Below, one piece after another: positions 25,236 to 40,049 of a stretch of 64,000 nt of DNA (the first letter of the stretch is position 1; each line of letters begins with the position of its first letter). The DNA comes from Octopus vulgaris (lineage: Eukaryota): the NCBI GenBank assembly GCA_951406725.2, contig OX597838.1, positions 23,994,001-24,058,000 on the forward strand, written 5' to 3'. The translations under genes were made by a program, and so were the position numbers. The notes under the pieces were generated by a model that saw nothing but the letters and a program-made list of their open reading frames with translations, was not told where the DNA came from and made no database searches.

Positions 25236-26265
25236 ATTTCGAAGCTCTAATTTCCAGTCACATTAAAACTTACCAGTCATGTCGAAATTTTGATTTGACT
25301 TGCTAAAAAAGCAATTTATCTGGTTTGTTTGTAACTTAAATAGAAATACAATCTTCTTAATCAGTTATGCTTTATCTCTTTATGAATATATATGATGAAT
25401 GAATGAACCCACACACACACATGCATACACACATGCACACACAAACACATGATAAACTGGGAGGTGGAGGAGGAGGTTTGATGGATCAGAATGACAAAAG
25501 GATGGCAACATTGGCTCTTCTTTAGAACCATCAGACAAGTGATGCCAGATGGAAAATGAGATCTTAAGAGGATAATGATAACAGTAGTGGTGGTGATGGT
25601 GGCAGCAGTAGTAGTGGTGGTGGTGGTGGGGATGGAGACAATGGTGGTGGTAGAGGCAGTGGTGGCGGTGGTGGTGGTGGTGGCAGTGGCGGCGGTGGTG
25701 GTGATGATAGCAGTGGTGGTGGTGACAGCAGCAGTGGTGGTGGTAGCAGCAGTGGTGGTGGTGGTAGCAGCAGTGGTGGTGGTGGTAGCAGCAGTGGTGG
25801 TGGTGGCAGCAGTGGTGGTGGTGGCAGAAGTGGTGGTGGTGGCAGCAGTGGTGGGGGTGGCAGCAGTGGTGGTGGTGGTGGTGGTGGTGGTGGTGCCGAT
25901 GGTGATTATGGCAGTGGTAGTAGTGGTAGTGATAGTGACAGCAGTAGTAGTGCTGATTGTGGTGGCAACAATGGTGGTTGTAGTGGTGATGGTGATGGTG
26001 ATTCAGTAATAAGGGTGATGGTGGCAGTAGCAGCACCGGTGGTGTTGGTGGCAATGATTATGGTATTGGTGATGGTAGTAGTAGTAGTAGTAGTAGTGGT
26101 AGTGGTGGTGGTAGTGGTAATAACAATGATGATGAGAATGAATATTGACAGCTAGTATCTTCTAAGACAAGAAAAAAAGGGAGAAACATTTTCTTTAGAA
26201 GATTAATTAATAATTTTGGTTTTATTTTAGTATTTTCCTTGTTTTGTTGTTGTTGTTGTTTTGTA

Positions 26266-26700
26266 CAGGCATGGCTGTGTGGTTAAGAAGCTTGTTTTGC
26301 AACCACATGGTTTTGGGTTCAGTCCCACTGTGCAACACCCTGGGCAAGTGTCTACTACTACTACTACTACTGCTACTACTACAGCCTCAGGCCAATACAT
26401 GTCTTGTGAGTGAATTTGGTAGACAGAAACTGTGTTGAAGCCCTTCATATATATATATATATATGTGTGCATGTGTGCCTTTGTTTCCCCCCAACCACAC
26501 CACTTGACAACAAGTGTTGGTTTGTTTACATCCCCATAACATAGCAGTATGGTAAAAAAAAGAACCCCCCAAAATCTAAGGAATATGTACAAAACTTAAA
26601 AACAAGTCCTGGGGTTAATTTGATTGACTAAACTCTCCCATGCAGTACTCCAGCATGGCCACAGTGTAATAAGTGAGACAACTAAATAACAAAACATTAA
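26266..26700 (+). mobile_element. SINE family A, diverged copy
   Basis: Head and tail match family A. Confidence 0.75.
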
Positions 26701-29124
26701 AGATAAGATGTATGTCCCATATTCAACCTCGTGATTCGTTTTAAAGTCAACCCTTTAATCTAAATTCTTGACATAATGCTGAAATGTAAACAAGCTAATT
26801 CACAACAATAGATGTAATAGTCTCATAGCTTCATGCTGGCAGTATCGGAATGACTGACATTTCTTCATAGAGTAACAAACAAACAACACCAATTTACTTT
26901 TAAGGAAGGCACTGTTTTCTTGTTTCTTGTGACCGTGGCCTTTATATTAGATAACCATCCTGCTGTTTAGCCTCTTTCTTCTGCTCTGCCTACCACTGTT
27001 ATTATTACGCTCAGGAGTCAACTTGTTAACGCAACAATATCATTTGTTTGCCTCACATGACCACCCTGTTTCAATAGGATTGTCTCCCTCTCTCTCTCTT
27101 TCTCTTTCTCTCTCTTACTAACTGTGTCTGATGTCAGTGTTTTCTCACATGATAAGGCGGTGAGCTGGCAAAATTGTTTGCAAAGCTGGACAAAATGTTT
27201 ACTGACATTTCATCTGTCTCTGCTCTGAGTTCAAATTCCGCTGGGGTCAGCTTTACCTTTCATTCTTTCAGGGTCAATGAAATAAGTACCAGGTGAACAC
27301 TGGGGTCAATGTAATTGATTTAACCCCTCCCTGAAATTGCTGGCCTTGTGCCAAAATTTGAAACCATTTCCCACATAGCACTCTGTTTCAGTAGGTTTCT
27401 TTCTCTCTCTCTCTCTCTCTCTCTCACTCAATATCTGATGTCAATATTCCCCACTTTGTCCTTTGTCCTTTTAAGGTCATTACAGTAAAAAAAGTACCAA
27501 TGAATTAACGAGGTCTATGATATTAATTTATCCTTCCCCTCAAAACAGCTAGTCATGTGCCTGTATTAGAAATCAAGAGTTCCCAAATATTGTCTTAAAA
27601 TATGCATTGTGTTCTTGAGCAAAACACTTCGTTTCCTATTGCTCCAGTCCACTCATCATCATCATTATCATCATCATTGTTTAACATCCGTTTTCCATGC
27701 TAGCATGGGTTGGACAGTTCAACCGGGGTCTGGGAAGCCAGGAGGCTGCACCAGGCTCCAGTCTGATCTGGCAGTGTTTCTACACCTGGATGCCCTTCCT
27801 AACGCCAACTGCTCTGTGAGTGTAGTGGTTGCTTTTTACATGCCACTGGCACAGGTGCCAGGGGAGGCTGGCAAAAATGAGTAATTGTTCAGTGGACCGG
27901 GGTCCAATCCTGGCAGGGAGTATATATGCTTTGGAACATGGGAAACTGGCCCTTATGAGTTAGTATGACTCATGAGGGTACTTTTGGTGGAGATGCTGCC
28001 CGGCTTAGTGGTTAGGGTGTTGGACTCCTGATTGTAAGGTTATGGTTTAAATTCCTGGACTGGGCAGTACGTTGTGTTCTTGAGCAAAACACTTCATTTC
28101 ACATTGCTCCAGTCCACTCAACTGGCAAAATTAAATAATCCTTCGATGGACTGGCACCCCATCCAGATGGGGAATATATATGCCATGGGAACCGGGAAAC
28201 CGGCCCTTGTGAGTTAGTGGGACTCGAGAAGAAAACTTTACCTTTACTTTACTCTCATCTGTCAGTCTGGGACTGTGGAAACTAGGTACAGTTGTTGATG
28301 TTTCAGTGAACCAGGCTTCTCTCCAGTTTTTGAGAAAAGTGATGGCCTCTTTCCTTGATTGGTGCTTACAGAACTGAATGACTTCATAACAAACTCAAAA
28401 GTTGTTTTTTTTCCCCCAAGTTTAAACTATTCTTTAAAATAATACATTTATATAACTAAAACTGTAATTGTTTTAGCAAATAGATTTTTAATTAACTATT
28501 GTTAATTACGTTCTTGTACTGTCTCATTAAAATAGACTTAAATATTTCAGAAGTTTTCATTAAAGCACAATCAGAAAATTAAACAAATTAAATAATATAT
28601 TCAAGATTAATGAAACAGCTTGGTTTAATTTAAAAACGGAAAATTTTGTCATTATTTTCTATTTTGCATGCATAGAAAGTATCTTTCAATAACATTTTAA
28701 AAGAAAATAATTTTTTTTTTTTCCTTTCACTATTAAATAACAAACAAATAATTAGCTGTTCTACTGTTGATGACCTGAAATATTTAATTAGTTAAAATAA
28801 GAAACTAAAGGTTAGTAATATTCAACTCCCTGCAAATGTTACTAAAACTAGAAATAAACAGTTTGTGGCTAACTTCAAGTAAAAATAAAAATAACGAAGT
28901 CTTTAATTGTATTCATTTAATTAAAGATGACATTATACTTGTTTACTAAACAAAACGTCAGCCAAACCAACAATAGTCTCTACGGCTGTATGAACCCAAT
29001 AAAAATAATAGTCAAATCTCCCTCAAATCGCAGACCCTAAACCTTAACAGTAATATCCTTTTTTTTAAACTTTAAAGGTACATTAGATAATGTAATCCTA
29101 GATAGACAATGTCTAAATGATAAT

Positions 29125-30410
29125 TCTTTCTATTAAAGGCACAAGGCCTGAAATTTTTGTTGGGAGGGGGATAATTAGTTACACTGACCCCTAGTAAATG
29201 GTTTGTTACACTGACCCCAAAATGATGAACAGCAAATTTAACCTTGGTGGTATTTGAACTCAGAATGCAAGGAACCACAAGACATGCCACTATGCATTTT
29301 GTTTGATGTGCCAATGATTCTACCAGCTCACCACCTTAATAATAATAATGATAATAATCATTTCTACTATAGGCCTGAAATTTTGGGGGAAGGAGAAAGT
29401 CACTCAGATTGACCCCAGTACTTGACTGGTACTTAATTTATTGAGCTCCAAAAGGATGAAAGGCAAAGTTGACCTCAGCAGAATTTGAACCCAGAACATA
29501 AAGATGGATGAGATGCCACTAAGCATTTTGCCTAGCATGCTAACAATTCTGCCAGCTTGCCACCTTAAAGATGAGGATGATGACGATGACGACAATCTTT
29601 TCTATCATAGACACAATGCCTGAAATTTGTGGTGAGAGGACTGGTTGATTACATTGACCCCAGTGTTTCACTGGTACTTAATTTATCCACCCGAAAGGAT
29701 GAAAAGCAAAGCCGACCATGGTGGAATTTGAACTCAGAATGTGAAGACAGACAAAATGCTTCTAAGCATTTTGCCCAGCATGCTAACAATTCTACCAGAT
29801 GGCCAATAATAATAATAATAATCCTTTCTACTATAGGCACAAGGCCTGAAATTTTGGAGTGGAGGAAGATAGTCAATTGGATTTTTTCCAATGCTTAACT
29901 GGTATTTAATTTACATACCCCAAAAGGACTAAACTCAAATTAGACCTCAGTGGTATTTGAACTCAGAAAGAAAAGAGCCAAAAATGCCACAAGACATTTT
30001 GTCCAACATGCTAATGATTCTACCAAATCGGCCCCTTTTTTCTATCACATGACTTTGTAAATGAACAATCTGGTGTGTTTATTTAAATGGCCTACCAATG
30101 AATACGGTGTTTCATTGCCCTAGGTGTTGTGAAGACGCTCTGTAAGAAATGGAAACAAAATTGAAAGAAGATGATGATGATAATAGTAATGATACTGATA
30201 ATAGTGATTTCAAATTTTGGCACAAGGCCAGCAATTTGGGGGGATGGGTAAGTTGATTACAGTGTTCATTTCATCAACCCTGAAAGGATGAAAGGGGAAA
30301 TTGACATCAACCTTGGCAGAATTTGAACTCAGAACGTAAAGTCGGACGAAATGCGTAGCAGCATTTTGTCTGGCGTGCTAACGATGCTGCCAGCTTGTTG
30401 CCTTAGTAAC
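29125..30410 (-). mobile_element. Tandem cluster of ~5 family B SINEs separated by (AAT)n/(GAT)n
   Basis: Repeated ggcacaaggcctgaaatttt...gaccccag...ctggtactta...gaaaggatgaaaggcaaagt...gaatttgaactcagaa units. Confidence 0.82.
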
Positions 30411-31039
30411 ACTAATAACAATGTTAACGATATAACGTAACTGAAAAAAAAAACAATGAGAGATTGATGGGTGGTGCATCTTTTGTAATGTAGGCCTGCT
30501 CAATCGAAACTGACCTCAGGATATACCATAACAACAACAAGAAAATACTAAGTCTGCTGTGATTGATGTTTTAACCTTTAGTGTGTCGGTCTGTTGTTGT
30601 TGTTGTTGTTGTTGCTGTAGTAGTATATAATGTTATGTAGACATTAACAATTACCTTTGCCAACAATGCCGGATTGTTTTCAAAGTCTATTCACGGCAGT
30701 AGTAGCAGCAGCAACAGTACTGGTAGTAGTAGTGATGGTGGCGGTGGCAGCGGCAATAATGGTGGTGGTGGTGGTGGTGGTGGTGGTGGTGGTGGTAGTC
30801 GTTGTGGTGGTGGTGGTGATGATGATGATGGTGGTGGTGGTGGTGGTGGTGGTGGTGGCGGTGGTGATAGTGGTGGTGGTGGTGGTGGTGGTGGTAGTGG
30901 TGGTGGTGGTAGTTGTGGTAGTGGTGGTGGTGGTAGTAGTTGTGGTAGTAGTAGTAGTATTTGTGGCTGCACAATGTTTGGAACAGGCAGCTTCAGAGTA
31001 CAAAATAGCATTTTCACCATCAACCGATATCATTGCCTT

Positions 31040-31640
31040 CTGTGGTTTCAAATTCTGGCACATGGCCAGCAATGTTGGCGGAGGTGGGTAAGTTGATTAC
31101 ATTGACACCAATGCTCAACTTGTACTTATTTTATTGACCTCAAAAGGATGCGAAGCAAAGTCAACCCAGGCGGGATTTGAACTCAGAACGTTAATTCAGA
31201 AGTGCTATTAAGTATTTCGCCCGGCATGCTAACGTTTCTTATTTCTTTATTGCCCACAAGGGGTTAAACATAGAGGGGACAAACAAGGACAGACAAAGGG
31301 ATTAAGTCGATTACATCGACTCCAGTGCATAACTGGTACTTAATTTATCGACCCCGAAAGGATGAAAGACAAAGTCGACCTTGGCAGAATTTGAACTCAG
31401 AACGTAAAGACTGATGAAATACCACTAAGCATTTCGCCCGGCGTGCTAACATTTCTGCCTGCTCGCCGCCTTCTTCTGCCAGCTCGCAGCATGGTAATGA
31501 TTCTGCCAGCTTGACACCTTACTTGGCAATAAAATATTGATTTGAAATTTTGGCTCAAGACCAGCAATGTTGGCAGAGGTAGGTAAGTCGATAACATTGG
31601 CCCCAGTGCACAACTGGTACTTACTTTATAGAACTCCAAA
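31040..31640 (-). mobile_element. Family B SINE cluster (nested)
   Basis: Same unit motifs. Confidence 0.78.
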
Positions 31641-32169
31641 ATGATATATTGGCCGTTTGCCAGCCTCTCTGGCACATAAAAAGCACCCACTGCACTCATG
31701 GAGTGGTTGGCGTTAGGAAGGGCATCCAGCCGTAGAAACATTGCCAGATCAGACTGGGCCTGGTGCAGCCTTCTGGCTTCCCAGACCCCAGTTGAACCGT
31801 CCAACCCATGCCAGCATGGAAAGCGGATGCTAAATGATGATGATGATGATGATATGGCCTATTGGTTAGGGTGTTGTACTCACGATCATCAGATCATGGT
31901 ATCAATTCCTCACTGTGCAGTGAGACCTATCCAGCCCCTATGAGTAAGGAAAACCTCGTCATTGTTTTACTGTCTACTTTTGTATGCTTGCATGGATCAG
32001 ACAGAATTTATTGAGGCAGGCTTTCTACAGGTGGATGCCCTTCCTGTCACCTACTCTCAACTGTTTTCAGATGCAGAAACACTTCCATATGGCCTGACAT
32101 GTTTTCATGAAAAATCATAAATGAATGACATGACTGCTTGTGTGACAAGTGGCATTTTCTAAAAAGCCT

Positions 32170-32355
32170 TAGACACAATGACATCTTGAAAACCCGAAAG
32201 GATGATGAAGCTGGTGGAAAGACACAGTAAGATAAGACACTGGATGGCTCTTACAGAAAGACTGACTTGATAACTCACTCACTAAGTTGTGTGTGGTGGG
32301 ACAGGAGAGGGCGGTGGCTCATGATCAGTGAAGCCTGCAGACACGGCACACATAA
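32170..32355 (+). mobile_element. RTE-like LINE 3' remnant
   Basis: DRRGRWLMISEACRHGT resembles RTE terminal peptides. Confidence 0.45.
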
Positions 32356-32908
32356 AGAGGAAAAGCCTGGGAATACATAGGGGGACAAGGAAATGGTGAT
32401 GTGAAACTGTTCAACATAATCTGGGAGACCTACATTTCACAGATCAGTAACATTAACAAAATGTGTGTCAAGAGTAAAAATTTTAAATTGACTATCCCTT
32501 ACATCCATCCATTGTCTGGTTAACATAGAAAAAAATAATGTATAAATAAAATTGTTTTCCTCTGTTTAATCTGATTGATGTCCTCGTGACAAAATAGGGA
32601 CAGTTCTCTTTATAGTTTTTCTCACAGCCTAGTTTCCCTGATGGGTGAGAATACTTATGGTTGAAAAATACTGTGAAGAATTTCACAAAGAGCCCTCAAC
32701 CACCTCCCCACTAGGTTATTGGGGACATATGTAGCAGAGATGTGTTTTTTTTCCTTAATTTATGAAAAAAGAATAATGGGCAAAAAAAAGAGAAAAAATA
32801 AATTCACATCAGATGTCCTAGTTAGGTGAGAAATATGATAGTTTTATTCCAAATTAAATTGTTTTCAAATCAAAGAATATTGGGAGTGTGTACAAATGTA
32901 TTTGCTAC

Positions 32909-32942
<34 letters not shown>

Positions 32943-33490
32943 TGTGTGTGTGTGAGTGTGTGCATTGTATATACACACATACATGCATATGCATGCACGC
33001 ACACACACGCATACACACACACACAAACACACACATGCTTCAGAACAAAGCATATACACACTAAGTTATTAGCTTGGCAATGTCGAAGCAAAATATTAAG
33101 GAAGAGTGTGTGTGTGTATGTGCTTGTATGTGCATGCATGAATATATATATATATGTATATACATACATATATATATCCCTGATTGCATAATATTTTTAT
33201 TTGTGCTGTTAAATGTTTTAATCCTTTCTGTTCTTGCAAACTGTTTTTCTCTGTTATCTTGGTGCAGTATGGTGGATAAATTTAAGACTTTAGCTCTTAT
33301 TTCTAGCAGGTGGATGCTTGTTAAGCATCCTAACGCTTCATACAAATTTATAATTCATAGCTATTTAATGCTATTGCACCTGCGATCCACCTATGTCACT
33401 GCTGGTGATATCATCAATTTTAAAATTTATCCACAGATGATATGAACAGTAGTGACATCTGATTTCAAATTCCAGTGTTTGAATGTTTTG

Positions 33491-33528
<38 letters not shown>

Positions 33529-34496
33529 CATACACACATACAATATATAAAATCATAAATGACAGAGAAATAGTTAGATGAAATTTTATTTAACAAAAAA
33601 ATTTCAAATATTATGACAAATAAATTGTTTCGTAACTTAAAAACATGTAAATAATTTATATTATTATATTTGATAGTAAATAAATTACCTACATGCCTGT
33701 GTTAATCTTTCAAAATGATGCAGAATTTAAGTTGCATCCTCAGGTGAAAGAAAGTCTTTGTTAAATACTAAACTCCCAACGTAACAATATAAGAATGCAA
33801 AGTCAAAATTATAAAAGATTATGGAAGACAATAATAATAAAATTGATATGAATTATTGAGACAATTTCCTAATAAATGGAAGGGAATTTTAGTAATATAA
33901 TAAAAAAGTAAGTATATATAAGTACAATATGTTTTGTGAAATGATACATTAAGGAGCTTTTTTTATGAGTACTACCAGATTACTTGAATTCATATATTGT
34001 ACCTAAATACATATATATCATCATTATCATCTAACGTCTGCTTTCCAGGAGCTTCCTCTACCTCTGGGAAATTTTGTTAACCCATAAATGAGACCCTGAC
34101 AGATACTACTGTTTTGGGTTGAAACAGACCTGGGGGTAATGGTAATTAAAGGATGACTCCATGCCCCCTTCATCTCCAGAATTAGAATCTCACCACCAGT
34201 TGCAGCTTAATTTCATATCCCTATGTATGTATATACATATATGTGTGTGTATTTAAATTTAAATAATAAGGATGAAAAATTGAATATCAATTTGATTAAT
34301 ATCAATTTAAAACCAGTGGCCTAGCATATGAAACCGGGTTTGTGATTAATCTTTACATTTTGTATCTTGTCATTTGTCTTGCTCGCTTACGTTCTGACGT
34401 TTGCTGAATTTTCTTGAGAACAATCTTTTCTTAGTGGTCAGACCATATGGTGTCTACCTCTAGCATAATTGATGTCCACTTGGTGGTCATCCCCCT

Positions 34497-34542
<46 letters not shown>

Positions 34543-35471
34543 TATGTATGTATATGATAATGAGGACATACACACACTCACATACACACATACAATTGAT
34601 TTTCTTTTTCAATTTCCATCTACCAGTTCCACTCATAAGAGTGGGCTACAGTAGAAAATGCTGGTCTGAAGTGTTGTAGTGTGACTTAAGCCAAAGTCAG
34701 ATGGTTGGGAAGCAAGCTTCCTTCATACACAGCCATACTTGTGCCTATCCCGGCCATTTCCGTAAGCAATGTAAACATGGATGGAAAATGATGCTGGTGA
34801 TCCTCTACGATACTCCTTCCTTTCTTCCTTTCAGTTTTGTCTTGTTACTGAAGCTCATATTATTTTCCTCTTAATTTAATATTTCATAAGATTCTCTATG
34901 TATTTCCTTTGATAGGTGTACATAAGACTATAAATAGCAAATTGTCTGAAGATGCATTAGATAATAGTGTTTGCTTATGAGAGAGAGAGAGCAGTAATAT
35001 TAGAATGAGCTGAAATCTAATCTACATAGGTGTTTATTAAGATGGCTGTTGAACTTCACAGTTCAAGGCTAAGGTGGGCTTCTTTTTTTTTTTTCATATT
35101 TGTAAGCAAAGTTCAATGTTACTGGCAATCTTGGCAAAAATCAAGGTAGTTTTTTTTAACTGTAGACACTAGTTTGTTTATTTTGTTTGTTTTTCCTTCG
35201 TCTAAATATAGCTTAAAATATAAACATGGCTACATTAACATAATTAATGTTTTTCTTACTGAGCCAGAGAGAAGGTCAGTGTAAAGCTGGTTGTAAGATA
35301 ATAGAGTACTCCTTTGTTTTAGTCAACACTTTACTGACTGACCAAGTAATGTTTTGGTTAGTTTTCACAGAGGTGAGTCTTGTGGATGGATTTACAGTTC
35401 CTTCAGGTGAGAGAAATAAAAGGGAGGCACATGGCTATGAACTACAACCTGCTTAAATTCAATACACTTAA

Positions 35472-35828
35472 CGCTTTGGCATTCAAATTACTTTTTAAAC
35501 AAAATAAACCATAAAATATTAGTATCTTTTGTTGTATCTAGGGAGAGTTCTTATGCCAATATTATTAACACACACACTGGTTCAGTTCCACTTCATTATT
35601 CTTTTTTACTCTAGGCACAAGGCCCGAAATTTTGGGGGATGGGAGGGCAGTCGATTTGATCGACCCCAGTATGCAACTGGTACTTAATTTATTGACCCTG
35701 AAAGAATGAAAGGCTAAGTTGATCTCTACAGAATTTGAACTCAGAACATAAAGAGGCTGGATCTGGTAGGTTTGAACATAAAACGGAAAATATTGGGGCT
35801 GGATGTTGCTAGTTTAAATGCTAAAGGT
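35472..35828. mobile_element. Second copy of the TTAA MITE family, interrupted by a family B SINE
   Basis: ttaa|cgctttggcattc ... aatgctaaaggt|ttaa. The right end aligns to 58780-58858. Confidence 0.65.
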
Positions 35829-36971
35829 TTAAACTCCTGCATGTGCAGAGGTGAGGGCATACACACGCTCATGCAATCTGTTCGTCTATGCTCACACACT
35901 TGCCATCAGACATCCATGCGCTCACCCATTCACTCATATACACCCAAAATGTATCCTCCCTCCTCTCCCCCCACTCCTCATCAAGCATTCCCACCTCCCC
36001 ACATTGCATTCCCTAACACTTGTCACTCCTCTATCTATGGTGCTACTCAGCTGCTGCAGTCATCTAAGAGCAGAATAGGCGCCTATTACATCCCCGCCTT
36101 CTCTAGAACCATTTCCATTTCTTATTGTCATCCCTACCCCTCACACTATTTCCACCACCTTTCTGTGTTCTCCTCCTTTTTCGTGCTCTCCTTCTTTCTG
36201 TGCTCTCAGCCATTGCTCTCCTCTGCCATGCTCCATTCATAACACCTACTACTTGCTATCATTTTCAAGGCCTTCTCATCTCAAACGCCACACCCTCACT
36301 TACCACAGCCCTTCCCTATATGCCAACCGACCACTCCTATATCTCTCACCATTACTCATTGCATGCACTTCTACACCTATCTTTCCTCCTCTAGCCATAC
36401 TCCCACCACCATAATCATCTATGTCTCGAGATGCTCCATCATCCCATCCACCACCACCACCATCACCACAACTATCTTTCCTGCTTTCCAACCACTCAGC
36501 CTCATATCTCTATTACAAGCAACCTGGGCTTGTTCTTTCATCACACTTCTAGCCTCTCAACACCTGGCATAGAAGCATCGCCCTCTCTCCCTCCGCTTCC
36601 TCTCAAATATAGTAAATTTCCCCTCTACCCCCTCCACCCCTTTTTCTTTTTTTTCTACTTCCTATCCTTTTCTTTCCTTGCTTTGCAAGTTACTTGGCAA
36701 CCTTGGTGGAAATAGTGTGAGGCGTAAGGATGATAATGGGGTGGGGAGGGGGTACGGAGAAAATAGCACCCGGTACACTCTGTAAAACAGTTGACATTAG
36801 GAAGGGCATCCAGCAGTAGAAACCATGCCCAAGCTGACACTGGGACTTGCTGTGACCTTAAAGCTCATCAGATCCTTGTCAACCCCTCCTGCTCATGCCA
36901 GCATATAAAATGTATATTAAATGATGATGATGATGATGATGATAAAATATGTATCTATATATACAGAAATG

Positions 36972-37102
36972 CTGATCAACCATGGATCAGATATAAGGAC
37001 AAGATGAAGAATAACCTCTCAGCAATCAATAAAGCTCACAACACCTTTGAGCAAACAACCTTGGAGCAAACAAAATGGAGACTGCTGTGTCAAAATACTA
37101 TA
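36972..37102 (+). mobile_element. RTE-BovB-like LINE C-terminal remnant
   Basis: QPWIRYKDKMKNNLSAINKAHNTFEQTTLEQTKWRLLC matches the RYKDxxKxxL...WR pattern. Confidence 0.55.
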
Positions 37103-38992
37103 AGAGATGGCAAACTGGCAGAATCGTTAGCACGCCGGGCAAAATGCTTAGCAGTATTTGGTCTGCCAATACATTCTGAGTTCAAATTCTGCCATGATCA
37201 ACTTTGCCTTTCATCCTTTCGGGGTCGATTAAATAAGTACCAATTACACACTGGGGTTGATGTAATCGACTTACTCTCTCCCCCAAAATTGAAAGGTTTT
37301 AATAAAATGTCTTTGTGGTTGTGTGGTAAGAAGTTTGCTTCCCAGCCACATGGTTCTGGGTTCGGTCCCACTGGTCAGCAAGTTTTTTTCCCAGATCTGG
37401 CTGTTTGGTATACTTTTAGCATTGATTGTTCTGTTGTTGTTGTATGAGACTAACTATGAGGAACAAAGGCCATTAAAGTAGCAATAGAAAAGACAGAGAG
37501 AGAGAGAGAGTAGACAGTATGCTTGTGGGCCAGTGCCTTGTGGCATGTGTCTGTAATGGAATGAGTGGGGCCATTAGAATAGTGATAGAAAAGATAGAGG
37601 GAGTAGACAGCATGGTTGTAGGCAAATGGCTATTGTGTGTCTGTTGATGATGGAATGACAATCGGTCAAGTGGTCGTTTTCTGGTTGTTGTCAAGGATAT
37701 CTGGGTCCATAGCAACAGCACGATCATCCCAGGTGTGGGAGCAGTAGTTCATTGTGAGCTCCACTCCGTTCATGTAGAATGTCAGAATGTCTTCTTGACC
37801 ATGGTTGATCTCGAGCTAAAACAACAACAACAACAGCAACAACTATATGGATAAGATAAATCAATGAGAGGAGCTTATATGTGATTTTCTAGCCCGCCAG
37901 AAATAGCAACCATATCTATTTCAAATCATATTGTAGTGTCTTAAAACAAGAAGGATATGTAGCCCTTGCTACTGTGATGACCACAGAACACCTTTAACCC
38001 TATGTATACGTGATCAAGCCTAACTGGTGTGGGGTCGGGGTGGGGTGGGAAGGGACTGAACAACAACATGGACAAAGCAAAGATTTGTTTTTTTGCCATG
38101 AAGGTAACATTTTTAACGAACAATAATTAATGATGATGAAGATGATATTGATAATGATGTTGAATAATTTCTATTGGCAAATATCAAATTAGTTTCTGTG
38201 TGCACTAATTGAACTCGGTGATAATGGCAACAGCAATGATGCTGCTGATGCTGATGATTGTGGTGGTGATGATGATGATGAAAACCTACTTTTACAACCA
38301 TGTGATGGTGCTCTTAATGGTTTTCAATCTAATTTCATTAAAATTTCAGCATAAAGCACCAGTTGATTGATGTAAATTCGACTTTTAGTAATGGTGGTGG
38401 CAGCAGGTGGTGGTGGTGGTGGTGGTGGTGGTGGTGGTGGTGGTGGCAGTGGCAGCAGCGGCGGTGGCATTACTGGTAGTGGTGGTGGTGGTGGTGGTGG
38501 TGGCAATAATAGTAGTAGTGGTGGTGGTGGCGGCAGCACTAATGGTAGTGATGGTGGCAATAGTAGTAATAGTAGTAGTGATAGTAGCAGTAGCAGTGGT
38601 AGTAGGTGTTGTTGGTGATGGTGTTGCACCAACACCACCACAACAATAGTGGTTCTGGTGTCGTTTTTGTTTAACTCTAGGCCAGCCAACTAACCCCGAA
38701 TGAGCTGAGCTATGATCAATCAAAGACACACGTATGTGTGCGACGGGCCTCTTTCAGCCTTCATCTGCAAAATCCATTCACAAGGCTTTGGTCAGTCAAG
38801 AACTGTAGTAGTAGACACTTACCCAAGGTGCCATGCTGTGGAACTGATCCTGGAACCAAGCAGTTGGAAAGTAAGCTTCCCACCCCACAGCCACACCTGC
38901 ACCTATTTGTATTATAAAATTTCAAATTTAGAGCACAAAGATGACTCAGACATGCATTTGCATATAATTAATATATTTATTACTGTTTTTCA

Positions 38993-39240
38993 TGGAACCT
39001 CTAGCTATCTCTTATGAAACCCTTAACAGTCCCCCGCAGAATCCCTACTAATCTCTTCTGAAACCCTTAGCAACCCTTCTCAAAATCTCTAGCAACATCT
39101 CATGGTACCCTTAATGACTCCTCTTGGAATCCTTGGCAACCTCTTGTAAAACCCTTAGCGATCCCTCACAGAATCCCTAGCAACTTCTCATGAAACCCTC
39201 AGCAGCCCCTTACAGAGTCCCTAGCAGCTGCTTGCAGAGT
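38993..39240. repeat. Degenerate minisatellite with alternating 21/22-bp monomers (~43-bp dimer)
   Basis: Recurrent gaatccctagcaacctctcat / gaaacccttagcaaccccttaca-like units. Confidence 0.8.
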
Positions 39241-40049
39241 GCTTATAAGAGGTTGCTAGGGTGGGGAATAATGAACTAGTAGATTCATTCATTGACTTGT
39301 TCAGCAATTTGTTGTTGATGGTGGTGGTGGTGATGTTGTTTAACCCCAGGTCAGCCTTGTTCATAGAGAACTGCGAGCAGAGATTGTCCCACCATGACCT
39401 ATCCTCATGATATTATGTATGTCTTCATAGTCCAACTTGCTCTTTACTCTCTTTTTTCTTTTAAGAATTTCCTCCTCACCCATGTTACTTTCATACAGTC
39501 ATTGACCAACAAATGTTAACTGAATATTGACCACATCAAATTTGAATGATCAGGGAGGGTCTACAAAAGGTCAAAGGTCATAGGCACTACTCCTACTTCC
39601 TTTTTTTTTTGTCTGTAAGTGTTATTTCCTATTTGTTTCTATCTGGAAATCAAAGGAAGTGACTACTATTCCCTTCAAACTTTGCTTTTGTGACCTGAAC
39701 ATCATTGTTTTATAACTGACTTACATTCCATTGCATTTCAGCATAAATGTCATTATAGCAAACCTTCTGCTCAATACCACAGTTTTCCTTGTCAGTTGCT
39801 TGATCTTAACCACTTCAGGTTGTCCCTTAGTGAATGACAATATGTGCACCTCTGATGATAAGCAGGATTAGTTGGAGAATCTCATAGCCATATGTAGAGA
39901 GGGATTCTTTGGGGTTTGAATAAATGTAACAAAAGCAAAGGTTGGAAAGAAATATTAGCCATCTTTCATACTTTCTAGGGGAAAGCAAACGAGAAATAAC
40001 AGTCGCTACCCAAGAACAAAAATCGTGTCACACAGTGTAATGGAACATA

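Noticed and set aside
25380-26054. 224-aa His/Cys-rich ORF, and similar ORFs at 12623-13111, 30657-31096, 38324-38729
   Set aside because: Translation of (GGT/GCA)n microsatellites.
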